Shown here one piece after another: positions 28,507-38,577 of a stretch of 64,000 nt of DNA. Below the pieces are notes generated by a model that saw only the letters and a program-made list of their open reading frames with translations, did no database searches and had not been told where the DNA came from. How positions within the stretch are numbered: position 1 is the first letter of the stretch; each line of letters begins with the position of its first letter. The DNA is taken from the sequence record OQ992561.1; one strand, given 5' to 3'. A program made the position numbers and the translations under genes.

Positions 28507-28911
28507 ATGTCCATCGAAACCACCAAGAAGTTTATCGAAACTCACAACCTAAATGAAAAAGTAAGCATGTCCGATGCCGGGGTATTCGAAATCCCGGATG
28601 GCCTATTTGAAGAAGTTGTTCTACAACCGGCAGGCGTGACCGCCGAGCAGTATGCTCAGGTACATGAAGGTGCAGGGCAACTGGCAGCAGCTGTAAGTTA
28701 TGTATTTGCTGAAAAAGCTGCACCGTACATGAAAGAAAATGAAAACATTGCTGAACTGGGTTATTCCTATAATGCAGGTGGTGCAACTGTTTCTGGTATT
28801 ATCGATCGTAAAGGCGAGCTTGTTACGGTGGTAGATACCAAATATAAGAGCAGCGCTATGAATGATGTTGTTGAAAGTGTAGCCAGCTTCTTTGAAGATG
28901 TCAATAGCTAA
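28507..28911 (+). CDS. Hypothetical acidic protein, probably highly expressed
   Basis: GAGAG SD; C-ending codons (ATC, ACC, AAC, GGC) unusual for this genome. Confidence 0.8.
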   Translation: MSIETTKKFIETHNLNEKVSMSDAGVFEIPDGLFEEVVLQPAGVTAEQYAQVHEGAGQLAAAVSYVFAEKAAPYMKENENIAELGYSYNAGGATVSGIIDRKGELVTVVDTKYKSSAMNDVVESVASFFEDVNS

Positions 28912-28938
28912 TATATACTAGCTATGTCAATATAATAA

Positions 28939-28965
28939 GATCAGTGGGTGCATTACCCACTGGTC
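28939..28965 (+). terminator. Intrinsic terminator
   Basis: gatcagtgggt-gcatt-acccactggtc then atttt. Confidence 0.7.
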
Positions 28966-29019
28966 ATTTTATATTAAAAAGTTTAATGGTTAAATAATAC
29001 ATTTTAATAATTTAAGGAA

Positions 29020-29361
29020 TTGGGTATCATGGCGGATCAGAATTTATTTAAAGAAGTTTATGGTGATAATAAAAAATCACATTCTAACGATATCAAATCT
29101 AATCTAGTTATTGTAATTGTACAAACTGTTCGACAAAAAGCCATTTCTCAAAAAGTATTGATTGACGATGTTTTCACTAAACTAGGTATCTCTGATGAAC
29201 TTAGTGAAAATATTAAAATGTGTAATTTACCAGCTCTAAGCATTGATGCATTAGTTGACGTTCTATATAGCTTAGGTTATAGGGCTTCATTAAAATTATC
29301 GCAACAAGATTTAAAAGATAACGTTGAAGCAATAATTGAATTTAAGATGAAGGATCAGTAA
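29020..29361 (+). CDS. XRE-family helix-turn-helix protein
   Basis: ISQKVLIDDVFTKLGIS...LSIDALVDVLYSLGY is XRE-like. Confidence 0.55.
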   Translation: MGIMADQNLFKEVYGDNKKSHSNDIKSNLVIVIVQTVRQKAISQKVLIDDVFTKLGISDELSENIKMCNLPALSIDALVDVLYSLGYRASLKLSQQDLKDNVEAIIEFKMKDQ

Positions 29362-30422
29362 TGAATGGTTTATTTGTAAGTATTGAAGGGAATGAAGGTG
29401 TCGGTAAAACGACCGTTACAAAAATGGTTGTTGCGGAGCTTCTTAAACGTGGATATGATGTCGTAACACTACGTGAACCTGGCGGTACAAATACATCAGA
29501 AGAAATCCGACAAATGCTGATTTGGCCTAAACACAATGATGTTCGACCACCGGAATTTGATGTACTGATGCATAGTGCATATAGAGTGATGAATGTAGAG
29601 AATATCATCTTACCTGCTCTTAAAGAAGATAAGATTGTTATTACCGAGCGATTCATTGCATCGACATATGCTCTAAATGTGTATCCTTTCGAAGAAACTA
29701 ATCCATATCTATCAAAATTGTTTATGGATATCCTTCAAGGAACCTTACACTCTATCCCAGAGCCAGCTACCTTCTTCCTGACTGCACCTAAAGAAGTACG
29801 TGAAGAACGAATTAAGAAAAGTAATAGGCGCCTTGATTATTATGAATCTAAAGGATCCGATTACTTCGATAAGGTTGATAAAGGTTTTGAACGACTTATC
29901 AATCAACCTAGTTCTATTACGGTCGATGCTAATCGTGGTCTAGATGTCATTGTTAATGAAATTGTTGAATCGATTATCTTCTTGCGTGAAAAACAAAAGA
30001 ATAAACAGTCATCTTTTGATGAGCAGCTATCTAACACATCCTCAAGTAATAGCGAATTTGATAGTGAAAGTGAAAGTTCGGACATTCCATGGAATGATAC
30101 GCAGCAGGAAAATCCTGTAGAAGTATCTGACAGCGATTTACATTTTGATCTGGATGCTGAGATTAATAAATATCTAGATGAAAATATCGTTCCTCAACTA
30201 TTTACAGGGGATGAACGTTTTCTTGCATCAGGTAAGGTAGTAGCTAAAAAGTATTGCCAACTTGTCTATGATAAATTACCGGATGAAGAAAAGCATAAGA
30301 TGTTCCTAGGGTCAAATAAAGAACGTCTAAATCAACAAATTCATAGTCTACTTTACTATGGACATCAATTAGATAGTTTCATCACAGAAAATGATCTAAT
30401 TGGTAAAACACTCTGGAAATAA
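29361..30422 (+). CDS. tmk: Thymidylate kinase with ~140-aa C-terminal extension
   Basis: IEGNEGVGKTT P-loop, REPGGT, ERFIASTYA. Confidence 0.92.
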   Translation: MNGLFVSIEGNEGVGKTTVTKMVVAELLKRGYDVVTLREPGGTNTSEEIRQMLIWPKHNDVRPPEFDVLMHSAYRVMNVENIILPALKEDKIVITERFIASTYALNVYPFEETNPYLSKLFMDILQGTLHSIPEPATFFLTAPKEVREERIKKSNRRLDYYESKGSDYFDKVDKGFERLINQPSSITVDANRGLDVIVNEIVESIIFLREKQKNKQSSFDEQLSNTSSSNSEFDSESESSDIPWNDTQQENPVEVSDSDLHFDLDAEINKYLDENIVPQLFTGDERFLASGKVVAKKYCQLVYDKLPDEEKHKMFLGSNKERLNQQIHSLLYYGHQLDSFITENDLIGKTLWK

Positions 30423-30458
30423 ATCAATTTATTACTTCGTAACTGGTGACGAAATTAA

Positions 30459-30710
30459 ATGAGCACTACCCTGACTCTGAAAGAATCTAAATATATTCCT
30501 GCAACTGAGCTTGATAATCTAGAAGCTTATATTGGTCGAACTTTTCTAGTTGAGCGCAATGGTGTATCAACTGCACATAAGCTAATTAAACTATCTCGAC
30601 GTGATGTTTATCTCGGTTATCCAGATGGTAGGGAAGATTCATTTACATTGTCTATTAATAAGTTCCGGAAGTTCTATAAGCTAGCTCCATCTAGTCGCGA
30701 TAAAAAATAA
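30459..30710 (+). CDS. Hypothetical small protein
   Basis: ORF. Confidence 0.7.
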   Translation: MSTTLTLKESKYIPATELDNLEAYIGRTFLVERNGVSTAHKLIKLSRRDVYLGYPDGREDSFTLSINKFRKFYKLAPSSRDKK

Positions 30711-30724
30711 AGCACGATATAATA

Positions 30725-30750
30725 GAGTCCCCATTATGGGGACTCTTCTT
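30725..30750 (+). terminator. Intrinsic terminator
   Basis: gagtcccc-attat-ggggactc-ttctt. Confidence 0.75.
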
Positions 30751-30779
30751 TATAATTTTTTTGTTAAAAGGTATATCAA

Positions 30780-31220
30780 ATGTTTAATAGGATTGTTAGA
30801 GCTTTCCATATTGTTGATAAAGACCAATCTAAACATGGTGAACTAGATTTACCACAATGGCCAGCCTATATATCGGTTACTCCTAAAGTTATCGACATTA
30901 GGGATAAAGAATTTAATTATCATGGTTTTATTTCACATATTAGTGCCCCTTTAAAAGTTATAAAACCAGATGAATATATTAAAGCCAGATATACATTATC
31001 TTCACACTTTATTTATCAGCATGAAGGTGATAATGACCCAGTCGATGCACCTGGCTTTAGTATTGACATTGAATACAGACTAGTTACTCAAAATACTAAA
31101 ACGTGGTATTTAGATATCAACATCATCACTGATAAATCAATTAGTTACAATATTGAAAGTATTCTAAATGCGGAATTCATGTGTCAATGTCCATTTAATC
31201 TTTATATAAACGGTAAATAA
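30780..31220 (+). CDS. Hypothetical protein
   Basis: ORF with AAGG SD. Confidence 0.7.
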   Translation: MFNRIVRAFHIVDKDQSKHGELDLPQWPAYISVTPKVIDIRDKEFNYHGFISHISAPLKVIKPDEYIKARYTLSSHFIYQHEGDNDPVDAPGFSIDIEYRLVTQNTKTWYLDINIITDKSISYNIESILNAEFMCQCPFNLYINGK

Positions 31221-31247
31221 CTAATCATTTATAATAGAGGAAAGAGT

Positions 31248-32039
31248 ATGTTTAAATCCTTGAACTTTAACTATACTACTCAACCTTCTACAGAAGGTAT
31301 CTGTTTGTATATCGGTCATGGCGATGTTGGACTACTTGAGGGTAACAAATCTTCAACTGGTATTGCTGATAAATTAGAACAATGCCCTTATTACTTACAT
31401 GTTACTGTTGGTAAATCAAACACAGCTAACCAATTGACCATCACTGGTTATACTAATAATCAACCTAACCTCCGTAGTTGGCATGGTCAAGAAGCTATGG
31501 ACATTCTTCTGAATAATATCAACATTGATAACAATGTGGTACAACGAGAACTCAACTTTAAAGTACTCATTGAATCAGTTGAGCGTAAAGATCCGCGTGT
31601 TATTATACTAATGGCACTAGGTGCACTTCCATCTCAAGATTATCCTGGTCATTTTAATGATTTAACATCCGATAAGCAACTATTCAAACGGGAAGGCACT
31701 TTCATTGATTATAATGAAAAAGAATATAGTGATACATGCAATACCATTACACGCAAATTATTAAACCTGTGTGGTTGTGGCCATCCAGAAGCAGAATTGC
31801 AGTATATTGATGATGTATTGGATATATATCGCCAAGGGTGGAATATTTCTAAACGTAATGAATGTGATAAGAAATATGGATTTGGTCCGACTACATTCAT
31901 GCTACATTATTTAGATAGTCTTGGATTTGCCGAGCATGGCACGGGTGCAGCTGGTTGGCTACTCGATGAAGGCGCATGGGTAAGTGTATTAGTAAAATTA
32001 GCAATTAAGGAAACCGAGGGTGGATGCACTGATGTTTAA
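31248..32039 (+). CDS. Hypothetical two-domain protein; C-terminal LCGCGxPE...EHG..W domain
   Basis: GAGGA SD; LCGCGHPE and LDSLGFAEHGTGAAGWL recalled as a recurrent small phage domain. Confidence 0.7.
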   Translation: MFKSLNFNYTTQPSTEGICLYIGHGDVGLLEGNKSSTGIADKLEQCPYYLHVTVGKSNTANQLTITGYTNNQPNLRSWHGQEAMDILLNNINIDNNVVQRELNFKVLIESVERKDPRVIILMALGALPSQDYPGHFNDLTSDKQLFKREGTFIDYNEKEYSDTCNTITRKLLNLCGCGHPEAELQYIDDVLDIYRQGWNISKRNECDKKYGFGPTTFMLHYLDSLGFAEHGTGAAGWLLDEGAWVSVLVKLAIKETEGGCTDV

Positions 32040-32757
32040 ATTATCGATGCGTATATTCTGTGCAGTATTTCTGATTAGTATTGGCATGTATACTAAAGCT
32101 AGTGTTAATTACGAACCACTTGCTTTTTATGGAGTACCATTATTCTACTCTAATCATACTCCGCGAATTGCTCCATGTAATTTCAATAAGCAGTCCAAAC
32201 TGGGTAGTTGCGGTTGGACCAGTTATCCAGAAAATTCAATAATATTGGTGGTTCACCCTAGTGATCCAACTAAACAACTACCTGTTGAATACTCGATGTA
32301 TCAAGAGGTTATTTGTGAGAATGATCAGTGCTATACATCTGATTATCATGAACCATATGGGTATCTATTGGGATTTAAAGGAACTACTTATTGGTCAGTA
32401 CCAACTGGATACTATTTACTAAATGGGCCTAATGGGGTACATGGTGTCAAATTTGGCAATGGTCCCTTAAAAGACACTTATCCTATTCGTGATGTATACA
32501 TGGTAAATAATGATAGAGTGATTGATGGTGAGTATCTTACACTACAAAATACTAGGGGCTTTTATAATGTAGTGTGTAGTCAACTTACACAAATGTGTAA
32601 ATACTTTGGTAAAGAATATACTTTACTAGAACTCAATCAAATTATCCCATTTGTAAAGACCACCACTTGCGATGAATTCCTTTGTTACATCAATAATGAT
32701 AAAGGTAAGGTTGCAGGCATCAATCCAAAACGAAAGGATATTTACGAGGGGCTGTAA
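32020..32757 (+). CDS. Cys-rich exported protein with signal peptide
   Basis: N-terminal hydrophobic RIFCAVFLISIGMYTKA; many Cys. Confidence 0.65.
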   Translation: MDALMFKLSMRIFCAVFLISIGMYTKASVNYEPLAFYGVPLFYSNHTPRIAPCNFNKQSKLGSCGWTSYPENSIILVVHPSDPTKQLPVEYSMYQEVICENDQCYTSDYHEPYGYLLGFKGTTYWSVPTGYYLLNGPNGVHGVKFGNGPLKDTYPIRDVYMVNNDRVIDGEYLTLQNTRGFYNVVCSQLTQMCKYFGKEYTLLELNQIIPFVKTTTCDEFLCYINNDKGKVAGINPKRKDIYEGL

Positions 32758-33119
32758 TGAACATTACCAATATAAAGCTCATCCAAACTATGGATGCTGT
32801 ATTAGAGGAACTCACGAAATATCACGATAACCTCAAGCCTTGTGTAGGTATTAAAATAGAGGTTTCACCATGTGACGCTAAGTGTATACTCTTATCTGAG
32901 GATATGGTTCGTAAGGTAGTTATTGAGATCAATGTAGTTAAACCACTGAATATGCGTGTAACCTATCTCTTTGATGAGAAGATGGTTACTAAGATCAACA
33001 AATATAATTCACATTACTACACTGAATTAGCCAAACAAATAAATACGTTCTTTTCGGATACAAGTATCCCAACACGCACATTCGATTACCATGGATTCTT
33101 TGATTATCTTGGATTCTAA
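32757..33119 (+). CDS. Hypothetical protein
   Basis: TAATG-coupled ORF. Confidence 0.75.
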   Translation: MNITNIKLIQTMDAVLEELTKYHDNLKPCVGIKIEVSPCDAKCILLSEDMVRKVVIEINVVKPLNMRVTYLFDEKMVTKINKYNSHYYTELAKQINTFFSDTSIPTRTFDYHGFFDYLGF

Positions 33120-33131
33120 AAGGAGATTATA

Positions 33132-33488
33132 ATGGGTTCTCTAACTCTTGAAACAGGGCGACAGATTGAGCATCATTTGCTGAATGCAATTAGCATTCAT
33201 ATTAATGCATCCCGGATTGACGCTACATTGCGTGAAACAGTTAATGTCATCGATAACCCTGTAACAAAACGATCTATTGCATATGTGGTTGAGAGAGGCA
33301 AGGATATCCGCATTGCAGTTTATGATACCAGCAATGATCATCTTGGCATGATATCTCATATTGAGTCTGGTGATAGTGAATTTAAAGTTCTTAATATGGC
33401 ACAGGCTGTTCGGATAACCAAATTCTCATTGAATCAATTTGATGAGGCAGCAATATGTGCAGTAAGCTGGCTTGCCGGAAATCCATAA
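33132..33488 (+). CDS. Hypothetical protein
   Basis: AGGAG SD. Confidence 0.75.
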   Translation: MGSLTLETGRQIEHHLLNAISIHINASRIDATLRETVNVIDNPVTKRSIAYVVERGKDIRIAVYDTSNDHLGMISHIESGDSEFKVLNMAQAVRITKFSLNQFDEAAICAVSWLAGNP

Positions 33489-33643
33489 TACATCATTGAT
33501 TAAAGTACCACTACAGCTTAATATTCAATCTCAGTCTAAACACTGATCCAATTAGGCTGAGATTGAAGACTACTGGGTCAGCTCATTATTGCCTACTTCT
33601 AATTTGATATAGGTAAATTATAAATACAAAGTCAGGTAATGTC

Positions 33644-34018
33644 ATGGATTCATTAAAAATACAAAATATTCTCTTATGCAATAAAGCATTCAAGGCGATT
33701 GTTGAGCATCCACTTCAGATTAAATCTAATAGATCTACTAGTATTCAAGTATTAAATAATGAGTTGAATTATGGGTTGACTTATATCTTTCATGATACCG
33801 ACTCTACTCGTACAGTTAAATTAACAGTACGTTACGGTAATGTAGTAATCTCATTAGTGGATAGTAATAATAGATTAGAAAAAGAATTTACCTTTGATAA
33901 TGAAGCTAACTATCAATTAATGGGTAAAATAGTTTATTGTTATTTACGTAAAAATAAAGATGATTATTATCGTGGATTAAGTGATAGTGGTTATCTACAA
34001 TGGTTAGGGATAACTTAA
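33644..34018 (+). CDS. Hypothetical protein
   Basis: AGGT SD. Confidence 0.7.
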   Translation: MDSLKIQNILLCNKAFKAIVEHPLQIKSNRSTSIQVLNNELNYGLTYIFHDTDSTRTVKLTVRYGNVVISLVDSNNRLEKEFTFDNEANYQLMGKIVYCYLRKNKDDYYRGLSDSGYLQWLGIT

Positions 34019-34019
34019 T

Positions 34020-34382
34020 ATGATATTTAATAAAATCACTCGATCTATAAAAAGAAGGCGATGTAATAAGTCTGAATTAATTGAAATTAATGAACTTATC
34101 TTAAAAGCAGCTCGTCGTCAAAACTATGATTTATGTCATCTGATTAGTTATCTTGGTGATGGTAATGATCCAGTAGTTATTGATATTTTAAAGAAAGAAT
34201 ATTCTGAAATATATGCCTATTATAAATCTGTATTTGACCCTGCTGATTTTGGTAAGAATTATAAAAATAAATTACATAATGATTTATTAGAGGCTATGAC
34301 CAAAATAGATAAATTTAAAGAATTATGTGAAAAACATAATATCGACTATTCACACATTGTTGAAGATGAAATACCTTTCTAG
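34020..34382 (+). CDS. Hypothetical protein
   Basis: Coupled ORF. Confidence 0.65.
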   Translation: MIFNKITRSIKRRRCNKSELIEINELILKAARRQNYDLCHLISYLGDGNDPVVIDILKKEYSEIYAYYKSVFDPADFGKNYKNKLHNDLLEAMTKIDKFKELCEKHNIDYSHIVEDEIPF

Positions 34383-34393
34383 GCGGAAATAAA

Positions 34394-34756
34394 ATGGAAT
34401 TAATCAGTGTCAACTCAATGGCATTATTCTTTGGTTTAATTGTAGCGCACTTCATCTTTGATTTTTCATTGCAAAATGATTTCATTGCAAAGGCTAAAAA
34501 TCATACTACTGAACTAGGTTCACTATATTGGAAATGGGTATTACCTGCACACAGCTTCATGCATGGTGGCGCAGTTTATTTCATTACTGGTTCATTAGTT
34601 TTAGGACTTATTGAAACAATTTCTCACTGCATTATTGATTATTTAAAATGTGATAATAAAATTACATTTAATCAAGATCAGTGGTTACACATTGGTTTTA
34701 AACTGATGTATACTTATCTAATTGTTTATGAAGTACCTTTTGTAATGTACGGCTAA
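34394..34756 (+). CDS. DUF3307-family membrane protein
   Basis: AHFIFDFSLQ...HSFMHG...SHCIIDYLK...DQWLH His/Asp pattern within TM helices. Confidence 0.75.
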   Translation: MELISVNSMALFFGLIVAHFIFDFSLQNDFIAKAKNHTTELGSLYWKWVLPAHSFMHGGAVYFITGSLVLGLIETISHCIIDYLKCDNKITFNQDQWLHIGFKLMYTYLIVYEVPFVMYG

Positions 34757-34767
34757 AGTTATATATT

Positions 34768-34792
34768 ACCCTCTCCTTCGGGAGAGGGTTTA
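34768..34792 (+). terminator. Intrinsic terminator, UUCG loop
   Basis: accctctcc-ttcg-ggagagggt-tt; near copy of 2231-2255. Confidence 0.85.
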
Positions 34793-34897
34793 TGTTTAAT
34801 ATTTTTTTTTGTTAAGTTTTATTACCCAATCTGATAGGGCTATAATGGAGTTTAGTCTTGTGGAAGTTTATAAAACCCTATTGGGAAGAGAACTACA

Positions 34898-35386
34898 ATG
34901 GTTATTACACATCAAACTGTAGACCAGATAGATACACAAGTGAGTTTAGGTTTACCTATTGGTTACTATGGTGCTAATGATGATCTATCTACATTAATTA
35001 GGATGATTGGTGATTGGAACATCAGACCCATTGAAGAGCGTAGGACACTAGGTACAGGTTATATTGTAGCTGTCCCATCGAATACTCGTACACGAGTGAT
35101 TTACACTGCTGGTCGTAAGAAATGGCTAGAAGCATTAGATTTTAGCCCCGAATTAGCCGAGAAGTATATTCGTGCTTGTAGTGCAATAAAACGATGCTGG
35201 GACCACGATGTCGCAACCTTTGTCCTGACACATAATAAAATTAGCGACGAATTACTTAAAGAATTGATGAGTGTTGAGAATCCTAAAGCTGTACTCAATC
35301 ACTATAAAATTCCTGTAAAGATTTCTAGAAATAGAATAATTGCAGCTTGTCAAATAATCTTCAATATTCGTGGACTAAAAGTCTAA
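34898..35386 (+). CDS. Hypothetical protein
   Basis: ORF. Confidence 0.75.
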   Translation: MVITHQTVDQIDTQVSLGLPIGYYGANDDLSTLIRMIGDWNIRPIEERRTLGTGYIVAVPSNTRTRVIYTAGRKKWLEALDFSPELAEKYIRACSAIKRCWDHDVATFVLTHNKISDELLKELMSVENPKAVLNHYKIPVKISRNRIIAACQIIFNIRGLKV

Positions 35387-35397
35387 TACTTTTATAG

Positions 35398-35425
35398 GAG
35401 AGAACCGCCATGGTTCTCTCTTTTT
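35398..35425 (+). terminator. Intrinsic terminator
   Basis: gagagaacc-gccat-ggttctctc-ttttt. Confidence 0.85.
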
Positions 35426-35476
35426 GACGTAAGTGCATTATTGTTATGATAAGACTTTCGTATAAGGAAAACTACT

Positions 35477-35908
35477 ATGTTACTTTTTGTTGATACAGAA
35501 TTTGATACGCCTACTGGTACTCTTATTTCACTCGGTATTGTTAGTGAAGATCGACGTTGTGAATTCTACGAAGTTCTACCATATGACAATATTGAAGATG
35601 AATGGGTTAAAGAAAACGTTATTCCTATTCTTCAAAAAGAACCAATCTCTTTAGAAGAATTCCATGATAGACTAGCCAAGTTTCTTGGTCAGTTTGCTCG
35701 ATTACATTTTATAGCTAATCATGTTAACGATATGGTTTACACTGGTAAAGCTATGGATATGGGTAAAGGTAAACAAGTTGTTGAGTTACCAACTATATTT
35801 GAATTAAATCATGAGCTAAGTGGAAAAGGTTCTAAAATGCTTCACAACGCACTATTTGATGCTCGTGCAACCCTAGATGACTGGGAGCGTTTAAATGGTG
35901 TGAACTAA
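35477..35908 (+). CDS. DEDDh 3'-5' exo(ribo)nuclease, RNase AS/DUF5051-like
   Basis: FVDTEF, LISLGIVSED, HNALFDAR. Confidence 0.8.
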   Translation: MLLFVDTEFDTPTGTLISLGIVSEDRRCEFYEVLPYDNIEDEWVKENVIPILQKEPISLEEFHDRLAKFLGQFARLHFIANHVNDMVYTGKAMDMGKGKQVVELPTIFELNHELSGKGSKMLHNALFDARATLDDWERLNGVN

Positions 35909-35927
35909 CCTTTTTGGGATAGCCATC

Positions 35928-36587
35928 ATGACTAATACCTTTGAGAAGATGTCAGGCGACAAAGATAGAAAAAGTCGTCCAGAAATCGTACTGCGTTTGC
36001 TGATCGCAACCAGTTTTCCTCAATCCGTTTTAGCCGATTTGACTTTTGATATTACTAAGCAAGTTGGTATTACTGATAACGATGAATTAGAGAAGATTGC
36101 TAATGACATGCGTGATGTTGAACGTAAGTTTGATATGACTGATTTCATTAGATGTATTGATCTACGTCGTAATGGTAATGACGTAAATATAACTGTTAAT
36201 TGTTGGGATTTTGATCCACGTGCTAAAACCATCGAGGATCGTGCGGAGAACCATGAATTCCTGGCAAACAGTAATATTACCTTACATTCACCAGAAACAG
36301 ATTTTAATGATCCACGTGAACTAGCTAGTAAATTAGTTGGACTATTTTTTCGTAGCAAGATAGGTCAAAAGCCGTCAGCTAGTAATTTTACTAAGGGATG
36401 GAAAATTCTTAGTAAACCAATTAGTAAATCTAAAAATACAGGTGATATAGAATCAATCGATCTAGTTGATGCTATTGAACTAGTAGCTCAGAGTCTAGCT
36501 AAGCGTAGATTTAACATTAAAATTACCACAAGTGCTATTTTATTACTTGATCAGAAAAGACGGTTATTTAATATAACGCGTGGTTAA
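35928..36587 (+). CDS. Hypothetical protein
   Basis: 219-aa ORF ending at a bidirectional terminator. Confidence 0.8.
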   Translation: MTNTFEKMSGDKDRKSRPEIVLRLLIATSFPQSVLADLTFDITKQVGITDNDELEKIANDMRDVERKFDMTDFIRCIDLRRNGNDVNITVNCWDFDPRAKTIEDRAENHEFLANSNITLHSPETDFNDPRELASKLVGLFFRSKIGQKPSASNFTKGWKILSKPISKSKNTGDIESIDLVDAIELVAQSLAKRRFNIKITTSAILLLDQKRRLFNITRG

Positions 36588-36598
36588 AACAACATAAT

Positions 36599-36619
36599 GC
36601 CCTCCCATTGTGGGAGGGC
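36599..36619. terminator. Bidirectional terminator (CCCTCCC family)
   Basis: gccctccc-attgt-gggagggc with cataa/ttatg flanks. Confidence 0.85.
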
Positions 36620-36627
36620 TTATGCCG

Positions 36628-38577
36628 TTAAACTTTTACAAGTTTATCATTTTCTATTTTCCAATTAGCATGGAAAGAAATTGGTTGACCAGTGGTCTCA
36701 TCAAGAATGTCACCAGTCTTTAACCTATTTTTAATAGCTCGATTATTTCCAAAGAATGGAACTAGTTTAGCTACTGTTACATCAGCTAATCCTGGATCTT
36801 TCATTACATACCAGCCAGGCGTTGAAGCCAGTTCATCATACTGGACAACTTTAGAAGTATCTGCAAAGATAACAATATCACCATGTCGTCCGTTCTGGAC
36901 ACGTTGTGATAGTTTACCCCATGTGGAGTTATTATCATAAACATATACATTAGCTGTATTCAATGTCTCACCAAGGAATGTACGACGTAATGCAGTCAAT
37001 ACTATTGGTTTTATATTAATGTTATTCTTATATGCATTCGTTACACGATACATATACTTGGTCATGCTAAGATTAATATATTCATAAATTTTAGCTTTAC
37101 TTATCCCTTTATAATCATCCCATGCCATTGTACCTATAAGGGATGCTTCATTATAAAGAGAAGCAGGTTTTGAACTAAGTACCACTTGATGCTGCATTGT
37201 GTAAGTATAAGGTACACGTACGTTAATACGTATCTGATCATTATCATGGATTAAAAGAGTTGATCCATGAGTTATCAGATCCCACTGAGTAATGCCCTGA
37301 CTAAATAAGAATGATCCAACTAAATAGCCATTTATTTGAATATCGCCTAGATAATCCTGATGGTCAGTGCCATTTGAGTAACCTAGATTAAGATCAAAAT
37401 AACGCTTAGCTGTTAATATCTGAGTAGTATCAATAGCTTGGCCATTATCACGTGCAACAAAGATACCATCATCTACACCAACTTGGAATCTAAATGAAAT
37501 AGCATACGGTTTATTAGGATTTTCAGATGTCGTACACAGAAAATTGTAAATGTACTCGCCAGTATGATCGAAGGTAAATTCAGGAATATCTTCTTTGTTA
37601 TACGCTGGGAAAGTAACAAGCTTAATCTCACTTTCACTTGAATCACCTTTGATAACAAAGTCAGTTACTTGACCATTACCAATAGATTTATTCATACCTG
37701 TAAACAAACCAGATGATGCAGCTTTTGGTGACCAGCTTAGCATCTGATTTACAGTATATTGAACATCTGACCTATCAACAACACCAGAGAAATAAGAACC
37801 AAAATTAAAGGCTAGTCTATTAGCGGTAAATGCAAAACTACCATTATTTTCTTTAGCATCTTCAATATTAGTGTAATCTCTTGAAGCAGAATCAGTTATA
37901 ACAAAGATACCATTACCCGATTTACGCCAAGTAGCTAGATTATCAATAGTCGCCTGACTCACTCTTTCAGGAGTTAATGCACCAGTATTATGATCTTTAG
38001 TAGAGAATAGAATACATGCATAATACTTATTAAGATCTGTTAAAGTAAGGTCTACTGTGCCACCCATCATTTCTGGGTAATAAACATCATAGGTAGAATC
38101 TTGTACACGAGCAGCCGTATCTAGTATCTTTTTAAAACCATTACCTGACGTATTGAGGACTGAATAAGGTTCACTAGGATTACTATCTGTGATTACTAAG
38201 AATTTCTTTCCAGTTGATTCGTACTTACTACCATTCCTAATAAACCCAATAGCATTATAAAAATATCTTACCCATCCCCATAGATCTTGAGGGTTTGTTG
38301 TATTAGCCGGAATTTGGTAAGTATCATAGTTTAAATTATAGAATTTTGGAAAACTACAATCATAAAGAACATTACCAGTGCCATCTTGCACAACAGCAAT
38401 AAATGGACTACCACCTGTTGCAGGGTCACCATCATAAGCAATGTATTCAGAGAGCACCGGAGGTAACTCCGGGCTCACTGTATAATACACCTTCTGAATA
38501 TCTGAACTAAAGTTAAATTTAACTTTAGAGTTTAGTGCCACAGGACCCGGCACTTGCGACGGGACAATAGAAGGCAT
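36628..38577 (-). CDS. Putative virion/tail-associated protein with a GATase-like alpha/beta domain
   Basis: 649 aa; AGGAG SD; QATIDNLATWRKSGNGIFVITD resembles class-I GATase-like domains; late orientation. Confidence 0.55.
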   Translation of the reverse strand: MPSIVPSQVPGPVALNSKVKFNFSSDIQKVYYTVSPELPPVLSEYIAYDGDPATGGSPFIAVVQDGTGNVLYDCSFPKFYNLNYDTYQIPANTTNPQDLWGWVRYFYNAIGFIRNGSKYESTGKKFLVITDSNPSEPYSVLNTSGNGFKKILDTAARVQDSTYDVYYPEMMGGTVDLTLTDLNKYYACILFSTKDHNTGALTPERVSQATIDNLATWRKSGNGIFVITDSASRDYTNIEDAKENNGSFAFTANRLAFNFGSYFSGVVDRSDVQYTVNQMLSWSPKAASSGLFTGMNKSIGNGQVTDFVIKGDSSESEIKLVTFPAYNKEDIPEFTFDHTGEYIYNFLCTTSENPNKPYAISFRFQVGVDDGIFVARDNGQAIDTTQILTAKRYFDLNLGYSNGTDHQDYLGDIQINGYLVGSFLFSQGITQWDLITHGSTLLIHDNDQIRINVRVPYTYTMQHQVVLSSKPASLYNEASLIGTMAWDDYKGISKAKIYEYINLSMTKYMYRVTNAYKNNINIKPIVLTALRRTFLGETLNTANVYVYDNNSTWGKLSQRVQNGRHGDIVIFADTSKVVQYDELASTPGWYVMKDPGLADVTVAKLVPFFGNNRAIKNRLKTGDILDETTGQPISFHANWKIENDKLVKV

